A stretch of DNA of 64,000 nucleotides from Felis catus (taxonomy: Eukaryota), in NCBI RefSeq assembly GCF_018350175.1, contig NC_058368.1, forward strand, positions 84,632,001-84,696,000, read 5' to 3'. Each line of letters opens with the position of its first letter. Position 1 is the stretch's first letter. Shown here piece by piece: positions 14,216-25,260 of this stretch. Below the pieces are notes generated by a model. It had not been told where the DNA came from, did no database searches, and saw only the letters and a list, made by a program, of their open reading frames with translations. Both the position numbers and the translations under genes were made by a program.

Positions 14216-14773
14216 TCATTTGCAACTACATGGATGGAAGTAGAGCATATTATGCTGAGTGAAATTAGTCAGTCAGAGAAAGACAAATATCATATGACTG
14301 TACTCGTATGAGGACTTTAAGATACCAAACAGATGAACATAAGGTAAGGGGAACAAATATAATATAAAAACAGGAAGGGGGCAAAACATAAGAGACTCTT
14401 AAATATATGGGGTCCTTGGGTGGCTTGGTTGGTTGAGAACCTGACTTCAGCTCAGGTCATGATCTCACAGTTTGTGGGTTCAAGCCCCACATTTGGCTTC
14501 TGTGCTGACAGCTCAGAGCCTGGAGTCTGCTTTGGATTCTGTGTCTCCCTTTCCTGCTCGCATTCTATCTCTCAAAAAATAAATAAACTTAAAAAAAAAA
14601 GAGACTCTTAAATATAGAGGACAAAAAGAGGGTTGCTGGAGGGGTTGTGGGAGGGGAGGGGATGGGCTAAATGGGTAAGGGGCATTAAGAAATCTACTCC
14701 TGAAATCAGTGTTGCATTATATGCTAACTAACTTGGATGTAAATTAAAAAAAATAATAAATTAATGAATTAAA
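14216..14773 (+). mobile_element. L1 3' end with a nested Can-SINE (14409-14600)
   Basis: Matches 60342-60680; L1 TSD aaa(g/t)gaaattgga; SINE TSD aagagactcttaaatata. Confidence 0.92.
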
Positions 14774-14976
14774 AAATGAAATTGGAAAGTTAAACCTAAT
14801 TATGTGAACAGACATAAACTGGTCATTTGGGGACATATTGATTGCAAAAATGTACTTTTATAACTCATGTTACAAACCTATGTTTTCTAATATTATGAAG
14901 ATCAACAAGTTGGCAATCTACATCTCATCTGAATATGTTCAAAGAAAGGTATCCTCCAGACATAGTCCCCTGTTTC

Positions 14977-15202
14977 TTTTTTCTTTTTTTTTTTAATTTT
15001 TTTAATGTTTATTTATTTTTGAGACAGAGAGACAGAGCATGAACGGGGGAGGGTCAGAGAGAGGGGGAGACAGAATCCGAAGCAGGCTCCAGGCTCTGAG
15101 CAGTCAGCACAGAGCCCGACACGGGGCTCGAACTCACAGACCGCGAGATCGTGACCTGAGCCAAAGTCGGACGCTTAACCGACTGAGCCACCCAGGCGCC
15201 CC
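14977..15202 (-). mobile_element. Young felid Can-SINE
   Basis: CpG-rich; perfect 16-bp TSD catagtcccctgtttc at 14961-14976 and 15203-15218. Confidence 0.97.
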
Positions 15203-16299
15203 CATAGTCCCCTGTTTCAATGCTGGCCTAGAGAAGGAATACGTATAATAGCTGGAAGGCAGGATTAAGCATGTCTGGTCCTCTATAAAATCACAGCACT
15301 GGCATATTAAATTTAGGAAGGAAAGAACTCTTCTGACTTTAAAACATGATATTATACAATAAGCTCCAGAATCACTTCACTTATTTAAAAGACTTACTTT
15401 AGAATTATGAAAGAAACTGAGAGTGTTATAAAATACTCTCACATATTTGTATAGAATTTCTTAAAATGATGACACTAATATTAGCTGTGTCAGTTTATAC
15501 TAATAAACTGGTGTCCTGTAGTGCATCCCAGCTTTGCAGATTGGATCAAGGTAAAGTGATCATGAAGCTTATGGCCATGGTGTACTGAGAAACACATGTC
15601 TGGGACTTCATCACTGAAGACCACAGCTTAAAACAAAGTGCTCTCCTTTTTCGTCCACTCAATGGCTACAGAGCAACCAGGTGTTGGGGATATAAAGACA
15701 TTGAATATCTGAGCTAACAAAGGGCCCATCAGCAGTGGGAGAGACAGATACACAAACAGATTGTTCTAACACACTGTGGTCAAAGACCCAAGAGTAAAAA
15801 GTTAGAAAGTATCATTAGAAGCTGTTATTTTGAGTGATGACTAAATAGTAGATGAAGCAGCCAAAGGTTGAAAGTGGATGCCAATGGGAAAATATACTAT
15901 TGACTCTTGTAGACTGCTGAATGGCATGTGAAAGTTTATGCACATATAAATTTGATTATTTTGAGAAGAGGAAACTTTAAAAATCAAAACAAATGACAGT
16001 GTTGTTGGTTGATAAAGAGGGACATCGGCTGTATGTCATGCCAGAGGAAACCTCTCTCACCCTAGAAGGAGACAAGTGAGCTGAGGAGCACAGGGTTTAG
16101 ATGGGTAGAGAAAGTTTAGCACCTTAAACCAATATCAAAAATGTGTTCAAGAACCTTCCATGTTTGTCCCCACTGTCATATAATAAGCTCCCATGTATTA
16201 CTTGTTGAAAGGTTGAGGTGCCAAATGGAGCCATCTCGTCCCAAGCAGATACACAGGGTCTGGAGGTCTGGAAGGGACAAGAGTCCTGAGCATCACAGA

Positions 16300-18960
16300 T
16301 TCCATATTATATATATTCATATATAGAGCGTTAATATTTTCAGAGCACTTACATGAGGAAGCATTGTTTCTCTTCAACCACATGAAAATACTACATGTGC
16401 CATAATAAAATTTTAGAAAACAATCACATCAGCAGTCACACATACATCATGATTTTACATTTCAATACCTAACAAAGAAATATATACATCTTCCCAGCAC
16501 TATATTTCCCCATAAACACTGCCTATTTCCAGTCTAGCACATGTTTTCTAACTTGCTTGTAGAAACTACAGCTCTTAATCTCTAACAGCAGATATTTTGG
16601 AAGTTCCATTCTTTCCAGATTCAAATTTAAATGAGGAACTTGCCATTTTCAAATAACAACCAATTTTTTTAATGGGTATGGTGAAGCTTATCCAGCACAA
16701 TGTGAAGAAATATTGCATGTAAGTAAAAATCATTAAAGCTATCATAAGGAATCTTTACATTATAGTTGAGAACACTTAAAAATAAAGCTGCAATTGAAGT
16801 TTTATAAAGCAACTATTTATATTAAAATTATAGGTGTTCAACAAATCTGATGAAAAGACTGATTTGTGGGGTTCCTGGGTAGGTCAGTTGTTTAAGCGTC
16901 CAGCTTCAGCTCAGGTCATAATCTCATGGTTTGTGAATTTGAGACCCATGTACAGCTCTGTGCTGACAGCTCAGAGCCTGGAGCCTGGTTCAGATTCTGT
17001 GTCTTCCTCTCTCTCTGCTCCTTCCCTGATCACACTGTATCTTTCTCGGTCTCTCAAAAATAAATAAACATTTAAAAATTAAAAAAAATAAAATAAACTG
17101 ATTTGGTAAAGGTTCAAAGAATTTCACACCTCACTACTGTATGGCTCCAGCTGCAATGGGCCACAGTGATGACATACCGCATGTTCTGACATAGGCAGTA
17201 GGTCTCAATAGGCCATGCACTCCCCTTATGTCATATTACCTATTACAGACCAGTGAATTCTTAGAGACGAAAAATATAAAAATTTCAGGACACTGCATTT
17301 TAATAACATACAGCATCAGAAATTGTTCAGAAGAAGGTCTGAAAAGAGTCTTTTAATGCAAGCCTGAATCTTCAAGCACATAAATGTATTTCTTATGCTT
17401 GATTTCAACATCACTGGAAATAGATACCAATCACCAATCCCTGATATACATTCTTAATGAGACCCAGAATCCTTGTTCAAGTTTTCCTACAAGGGCTGCT
17501 CCATTCACAGTGGACATTCTGTTTCTGTCTCCCTTTGTTAACACCTGCAGGTGTGAGTATAAGAATCTGTAGAATGTTTGACAGGGAAAAGAATCTGTAG
17601 AATGTTTGACAGGGAAATATTACCCATGATGCTATCTGCATCATTCACTACCAGCAGCCCATGCACCTCAGCCCACCATATGCTGTCCAGGATATCTCCT
17701 GTATCTCCAGATTACTGCACCTCACAACACCCATGAAATGCTGTGAGAAGTGCTGATGGGTCTGGGCCACTGTGATATCTAGGTTAGGGTATGTTTTTTC
17801 AGCAGCAAGATTAATTACATCAGATTTAGAGTAAATATCTACAACTTTTCATGACTCATGCAACATAAGCAAGCCTGATACTTGTTTACACAAAGGTTCA
17901 AGGCTCCACTGAAGGGAGTGTCTGGGTGGATAAAGGCGATGTTGCAGTGGGTCCCAAATGCAAGAGCATCTAGGTCCCGCTTCATGAAAGCAGACTTTGG
18001 AATATCAGAGACACAAACCTGAGGAACTTGAGGATTCTTTTGTGGTTAAGTATATGAAGTGCATTCCACTTACCGGATCAACAATTGGCAATGTGTGGAT
18101 TTTCATTTTTGATCAAGTATACAACATGAAAGAGGCTTGCATCTGAAGCTGTATTCACTGAAGGTAAATGTTTCTTGTAAATAAACTCCCTCCAAGTTTC
18201 TGTCCTATGTTCCTCTAATTCATAAAATGTACCATGATGGATAGTATCTACTGGTGTATTTATGAATTCTAATTGTTAGCATTCCTACAAGATTTTGTTC
18301 TGAACTCTCCCACAGTGATGCTGCTGGAACACCATTGGCTTCTAAGATAAAGAAGGCCTTTCTAACTTATCATGCACTACCAGAGACACCAAGTTTTGAA
18401 CTGGTTTGACTGATGTGGTAACACTTATGTGACCTCATGAATCTCCTGTAAACACACTTTCTGAGTCTTGTGCCTCTTCTTCTAACTGGAATTTTTCAGT
18501 GTGCCAGTTTCCTGGTCCATGGAGATACGGGGTTATGGAAGGGAGTGGAGGGTACCAGAGAGGGTTTGTGGGCACATGGGTGCGTGGGGGATACCAACCA
18601 GACCAGGGATGAGGTGGGACCAGTGGGACATGAGGGTGTGCAGGGAGAAATGGAGCTGTGGTGGAGAGGGGATATGGGGGTGTGGGAGTATAGATAAGGG
18701 AAGTGGGAGTGTGGGGAGGAGGAATGGGGAGGAGTGGGAATGGGGGAAGGGGAGACTCGAGAGTACAATGGGGACATGCAGGTGGGCGGTGCAGAGATGC
18801 AAGGGTGCAGGAGGGAGGAGAAGGTGGGAGTGGGATTGTGAGAGACTTGGGGGTGCTGCACAAGGTAAGTGGGGTCAGCAGTGTCTGGGACAGTGCAGGA
18901 GTGCAAGTGGGATGCATGGGGTGCTGGTGCCCAGGTTATCAAGGCTGAGGGGAATGTGAA
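16300..18960 (-). pseudogene. PRKAG2: Processed pseudogene of AMPK gamma-2 (CDS remnant ~18502-17514, 3'UTR to ~16300, putative 5'UTR to ~18960)
   Basis: With frameshifts the minus strand reads [135 protein letters not shown]-like end. This matches the recalled PRKAG2 CBS region, without introns. The downstream sequence matches the recalled 3'UTR (gtattgaaatgtaaaatcatgatgt; gtaagtgctctgaaaat). Confidence 0.93.
16867..17095 (+). mobile_element. Can-SINE inserted in the PRKAG2 retrocopy 3'UTR
   Basis: ggggttcctgggtaggtcag head; actgatttg on both flanks. Confidence 0.92.
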
Positions 18961-20129
18961 CCATGTGCTTGTCAGCTCCTTGACACAGAAAGAAATCCAG
19001 TAGTTCGCCTCCATTTGGGGAGGTTCTAGAGGTGGATACTTTACCTTCTGGTTGCTTTTTTCAACTGCAGCTTCTTATCTGTGTCTCAGGGCAGACAAAT
19101 CTACTTACAGCTCTCCAGAACTATCCCTCCGCACTGAGGTTAGCATGCTGAGGGTGGGATCCCCTGTGTTATTGGGTCTCTGTCTCTCTTGCCTCTCTCT
19201 GTGCTGTATCTGCATCTTACCTTGTGCTGAATCTATTTGGAGGGCCCTCACCTCCTCTTCAGGAGGAACTCCTCCATAAATAGATGTAAATGTGGTGTGT
19301 CCATGGAGGAAGTGAGTTTACCTCCTCACCTTAGATTAGGTGAGTTAGGTCCCCATCTTGGACCCCGACTCATCTTTATAAACTTGCTCGAGCTATTTCA
19401 CTTGTTAGTATCATCTTCCTGTCTGTGAAATAGACCTTTTTTTTTTTGATGATCTAATAAGATTACATTTCTAAGGTTACTGGCACACAGCAAGTACTTA
19501 TTAAATGTTTCTTCTTCCTCTTGTCCAACATTGTGCCTTCCAAAACAAACATGACCCTTGTTTTTGCAGATACAAATTGCTCCTCCCACCCTCAATGTGT
19601 GAAATTTCTGAGCAGAGTTTGAGAAAACCCACCCTCCTCCTAGGCTTGGCACCTCAGGTCACCACAGGTCACCTTGACAACTTTACCCATACCACTTTCT
19701 TGCTTTCTCTCCATCTAGTCAACTGAACTGTGAAAATGACTTACTCCAGCCTCCTCTATCAACCCTCCTCCTTGGAAGGAAGCTAACTTCAGAATCCATC
19801 AAGGTTCATTCATAACTTAGCAGCCAAGATTAATACTGAGAGTTGGAAAGTCTTCCCAAGGTTTTTAGAAACCCACTGCTAATGGTTTGATTTTGGAGAA
19901 AATGTCAGTAGAGGGCCTATGTGGAAGTTTGAAGTTGAGAACTGTAGGCTTAACAAAGCTATAATATGGATTATGAGCATCACAGACTGAGGAGAGTTTC
20001 CATCAAATCTTGCAGCAGGAATCAGATGTGAAATGGACAAGGACAAAAGGGCATAATATTTGTTATGTGCCCACAGTGTAAGCCTCAGGGTAAGGATAAG
20101 GGAATTGATATAGGACTTTTCCGTTAACC

Positions 20130-20500
20130 TTCAAACAGTTCCACAAAGTGGCCATTTTCTTGTTTATCCCTATTTTATAGATGAGGAAAGTGACATTGGT
20201 TGGACTTCATTTAACATGTAGAGGCGATGTATCATGATGCATAAAAGGAGGCTATACAGCCTACTGGGCTTGGATTCGCATCATAGCTCCACTGCTTCCT
20301 AGCTGTGTGACATTGAGTGCATTAATGAACTTCTCTGATTTTCAGTCATGTCATCTACAACATGGAGAGAGCAATGCCTACCTCATAAATTTGTTTGAAG
20401 ATTAAAATGACATAATAAACATTAAATCCTTAGCAGTGTTTATAGCACATGGTAAACACTTAAGAAATCCTGGTTGTTCTTATTTTTACTATTATTGATG
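20130..20500. mobile_element. MIR fragments
   Basis: tatccctattttatagatgaggaaagtga; ctccactgcttcctagctgtgtgacattg...tcatctacaacatggag...cctacctcata. Confidence 0.75.
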
Positions 20501-20639
20501 TTATTGCCACAAATCATGTGCTAAAAATATGCTTTGATTCAAACCTAAATCCTTCTGGATCCAAAATGAGAAGAAATAGAGCCATAACTATGTCTAGAAG
20601 AAAGCTGGTCATATTATTTCCTTCAAGATTTTTACAACA

Positions 20640-20970
20640 AATGCATTATGGAACTGGAAAGAAGAAAAACAAATACCATATTATTATTTAATTTGTGGAA
20701 TTTAAGAAACAAAACAGAGGAATATATGAGAAGGGGTGGAAGAGGAGAGAGGGAAACAAATCACTAGAGACTCTTCATGATAGAGAACAAACTGAGGATT
20801 GATGTGGGAGGTGGGTGGGAGTTGAGCTAGATGGGTGACGGGTACTAAGGAGGGCACTTGTTGTGATGAGGAATAGGTGTTGTAAGTGTTGAATCACTAA
20901 ATTCTATTCCTGAAACCAATATTGTACTGCATGTTGGCTAACTCTAATTTACATTAAAAAAAGAAAAAAA
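20640..20970 (+). mobile_element. L1 3' end fragment
   Basis: atagagaacaaactgagg...cctgaaaccaatattg...A-tail. Confidence 0.88.
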
Positions 20971-21239
20971 TATGCTTGACTTCTTTATTAATGCCAGACT
21001 TGGTGCTTGCTGGTCACTGGAAAAACAGAATAAATAAGACAATTCCCTTTAGGGATTATAGGCTAGAAGAGTAAGGTAAGTTGTCTTATTTGTCCCCATG
21101 TTTTCACCTTTCCTTCCTGGACACGGCCCTCCCAGTGGACCACATTTAATTTTCTTTTCAAATGGGCTTGGCTGTTTGACCGGCTTTGGTCAATGGGATG
21201 TGAATGGCATAGTTGGAAACCACGAATTTTACTGGCCCG

Positions 21240-23490
21240 ATCTTAGGGCCAAGTTTTGTCACAAACTGTTTGTGAGGTCTCAGGTCAGAAATTGTCTATG
21301 CAGAAATACCTGTGTGCAGACATTCTGTTTCCAATTTCCTTTCTATCAGAATGGCACTCACCTCAGCAGCTGTCCTTGAGTTCTAGAGGAGTCAACATGT
21401 GTAATAAATTTGACTACGATGGGCAGGTTGTGCTGAGTGTTACCTCCCTGTAGTATCCTTTCTCAGAGCCATGGAGACCCTTGCTCACTCTCTGGAGAAT
21501 GCAGTGAGTAGTGTGGTGCAGCGGTGACTATGATCCTGAGCTGTGCATTACAAATACCAGAAACTCTTCATTTGCATTCCAACACATCTATTTAAAACTG
21601 GTAGACACCCTGAATGTCATGCCACTCCCATTCCAGAAGCTAAATCACACACCACCACAGCTTTCCTTCTATGTCCTCCTGGGGTAAGCATGTGTCATTA
21701 CCTCTGTCCTTTGAAAATGTGGCCTGGAAGTCAAAAATTCCAAGGAAGCACTGAATTTGGAAAAAGAATCTCTGAAGCTCAGGGACATAAGCCTGGCCCT
21801 GACATCCCCACCTCCAGTTTGGATGACCTCTCCTTAGACTGAAGGAGCTCAGCCTGTGACTCCTCTGCTCTCAGGTCCTGGGTCTCCTCCCTTTCTACCA
21901 GCCCCTGTCTCATGTTGGGCCATGTCCAGGGAGCCCTGGCCCTCTGGCAAGGTCTTTCAATGTTGTCCTTCAGGTACACAAAATTAAAAAGCAGATTTTA
22001 CATACTTTGATGTTCTTTTACACACACTGTGAGGGAATTCTTTAGCTTAGACTTTTTTGGAGATTTATCACTGTGCCTGCCTGTGTTAAAAGCCATTTGT
22101 ATAAATGTGAGCTTTGTACCCAATTCTCCCAAAGCTGTATCTATGGCTTTCATTCCCAAAGACAGCTTCCCAGATGCAGGTCTTTCTCTTGTCCTTAGTC
22201 ATGGCAGAGAGAACTCCCCAAAAGATAAACTCTCCCCAAGTGATATGTTACCAGGCCATCAGACTGAAGTTGGCCTCAGGCCTGCAGGTCAGAGACTCAC
22301 CAACACCTGGGCACAGAGATCCAATGTGTGTACTGAAATTTGAATAGCTGAAAGCACCAGCTGAGTCTTGGCATCCAGCCATGAATCACTGACATGTGGG
22401 AGTAAACCCCCAACAGATGGAACAACCTCTACTTCCACAGGGGACCCTACACCTTACCCTCTACTGGAGGGAGGATTTGTGCCTGAGCAATAGCCTCAAA
22501 TTCCTCATGTCTGGGTACACATGCCCCACCTTTCTGGGTTTGGGTTGTTCTTCCTGCTGTGTCCTGACCTTCCATGTGCCTTACAGAGTCACAGATCGTG
22601 TTAGGGTGGAAGGGGCCCTGGGTCCAGTTTGCCCATTTCTGACAATGGGGGCACCACCTGGGGGCCAAGAACGTGTTCATGGCCAGGGCTATTAGGAGGC
22701 AGTGGGAGGTTTCTGAGGCCCCTGTCCTCACTGCCTGCAACTTCTGGGCTCACGTTCATGGAAGGCAGCATGGGATGGGTGGGGACTGGTAGCAGACTCC
22801 TCCAGCCAGCTCCCCTGGAACAGCCAGTGATACTGAATTGCACAGGCAGAGAACAGCTCTGAGAACAGTGAAGGAAAGCCTGGGGCTGGACCCTCACTGT
22901 GCATGTGGGTGAGTCTTAGAGGGTGAGGGACGGGTAGGCAGCTGGCTTTACTGTGTGCAGTGTCTGCAGGGGCACAGAGGTGCAGGTGCCTCTCCGTGTA
23001 CACAATAAGCTTCCCTTTGCTGAGCATGGAGTGTGTTGTGAAAACCATACAATTAGAAAAGGGATGTGGGCTTGTTTCATGAATCTCTGAGGGCAGGTTG
23101 GGGGCTGTCCCTTGCTGACTGTGTGGTAAGGAACCATTGGCATGGGAGGGGCAATGTAACCCTGTCTCTCTACACTGGGAGTCTTGAGTGCCTGGATTTT
23201 ATAATGGCCTTCTGCCCCTAACATTAGTTACAGCACCATGCGGCTCTCAGCATGGGCTCGCTTACAGGACCAACCACCAGATGGCTGTCCCCTTCATTTT
23301 CTGAACAATCAGCAGGTGGCTCTCAGCTGTGGTCTCACTAAATTCTTCAATCATTAAGCAGATCGACCAGCCATTCATCAGACAGGTTGCTGGGCCAATC
23401 ACCAGGAAACTCTCTGCGTTTTCTAACTCAAATGGCCAATCACAAAGCAGCTCTCACAATGGTGTCACTCCTGTGTCCAATCACCAGGCA
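21240..23490 (-). pseudogene. Cassette A: decayed paralog of the unidentified intronless gene, with shared downstream flank
   Basis: Shares tttcctttctatcagaatg (21335 vs 30424) and gagaactccccaaaaga (22209 vs 31147) with B. Minus-strand ttataaaatccaggcactcaagac (from 23204) resembles ttataaaagccagtcaagac (44454). (V)RVQPQAFL at 22897 resembles MTLQPQLFL in C. Confidence 0.6.
23197..23490. promoter_or_regulatory. Phased CCAAT-box array plus minus-strand TATA box
   Basis: CCAATCA at 23395, 23436 and 23477; variants at 23270, 23305 and 23347; TTATAAAA on the minus strand at 23197-23204. Confidence 0.6.
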
Positions 23491-23739
23491 GCTCTCACCC
23501 CACCCTCCTTCCCTCATTCCCCAGGGACCATCATGGATCCTGCAGTAGAGGAAACAGCATGAACGCATGTCCTCTCCCCATATCCCCTGTGGCACAGCCT
23601 TCCTGTCCCAGGTGAGAAACTGTAGGTGGGACAGTAACCTGAGGCTCACAGGTCCCGGGGGATGCAGTGTGATCAGGGTTGGACCTGTCCTGCATCGGTT
23701 GTGTTTCTTGTGTCATCAAGCCAGGATCTTAATCCTGAG

Positions 23740-25260
23740 AAGAGGTCAGTGCAGGTGTCTCATTTCAGGTGGGTAGGATGCACCAAAGTTGGGGTGTGTT
23801 TGGATCCAGTTTTTAAAGGGAATTTCTGTGGAAACAAAAGGAAGAAAGGTTGAGATTGGAGCAGATCATAGACTGGAGAAGATTATAACCCCAGGTCTGA
23901 GTTCTGGAGGAATTGGAGAGAGGGGGAGGGAGAAAAAATAAATGTGTTCATTCTGCTGACTAAGGTATCATTTCCCAAATTGAGGTAAGTCATAGATAGC
24001 TGGAAAGGAAAGGTGTTCTTATATCTGGCAACAAAATACTAAGGAAACAGCAACAAGTTTTCCAACAAGTCATAACAATTCTGATCATCTGATAACAATT
24101 CTGATCATCCATAGTTTATTCGCTCATGTAATTAATTTTTGCACTTTCAAATTTTTAAATTAGTCCTAGAAAGTTTTACCCAGGTCAGTTTTATGACCTT
24201 AACATTAACAGAAACCTGTTCTCTAGGATCTTTTTCATGAACTCCTTGAAGATGAAGCATTTTTGCAGTAACACTTTTGTGAAAAGATTTGGGTAAAAGA
24301 ATAACTGACTGTAAATTGTAAAAGACTTAAGATTGGCATGGATAAAAGTTTGGTCATTACAGACCAATTGAGGAAATTTGGTTATTTTAGTACAAATATT
24401 TTAACACAGTAACCAGAATTACAGGTGTTAACAATACATGAGGACATATCAGATCTCTTAGAATTTTGTACAGTTTCTGGGCTGCTGACATTAATAGCAC
24501 GTATCCACATAAATAAAATCTCGGAAGGATTAGAGTCAAATGTTTTATGATACTTCCTGTATAATTTAACCATGCTTAAATAGCCTGATTAGTTGAACAT
24601 TTCCCTTTTTATAGGAGAAAGAATAAATTCATTTTGATCTTGACCCACTTGACCACATATTAAAATTTCTTCTCAAAGATTCCTTTTCCACGACGCTTCT
24701 ACAATTTTTTTAATTCATATTTTGTCCTAAGTTTTCATTCTTTAAATAATCACCCTCACTTTTGGACCCAATTGCTTTTTATTTCTTCAACATAAACTGA
24801 TTTCCTTTGCTTTTCTTTAACTAAAGACTGCATCCTATTTTTCTGCAAGGAGAGATGTTTCCCATATTCATTCTAGTTGCTTCAACTGCATAGAAAATTC
24901 TTAACACTTTTTTTCTAACAGAACTAAGTATTAAGCAATTGTGAACTGTCTGCTGTGCCACCATTTGTTTGAGAGGAAAATTTCTGAATACATTTCATAA
25001 GTCCTAGAAACGTGTACTTTTTCACAGATCAATCTTTCAGTAAATCACAAGACATGTTTACTAAGAGACCCAAATTTATCTTCAGTTTCTCTGTAATGAG
25101 GAAGCCAAAAGTAGGTCAACTTGTGTTCAGTAAGGAATGTTTCCTTATTTAATCTTATTTGGAAATGATCCAGATATGCAGTGGCACATTTAACTTAACA
25201 CAGCCCTTAACTTCATCCTAATTGAAGATTTAAAGTTACCAAAAGATGTGGAGAAACTAT
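23740..25260. mobile_element. Probable ERV1-class internal fragment
   Basis: AT-rich block abruptly interrupting GC-richer sequence; resembles recalled non-coding internal regions of MER4/MER34-group elements; no ORF support. Confidence 0.45.

Noticed and set aside
16340..18160. Apparent minus-strand exons with AG/GT borders
   Set aside because: All lie within the continuous PRKAG2 CDS/3'UTR retrocopy; the splice-like sites are coincidental
18435..19014. Pro-rich or Gly-rich ORFs of 150-170 aa
   Set aside because: Produced by G/C strand skew in low-complexity sequence; open in most frames
22450..22830. PRR23/PRR20-like proline-rich gene
   Set aside because: Only short low-complexity resemblances (LPLPPNSPG, CKAH); insufficient support
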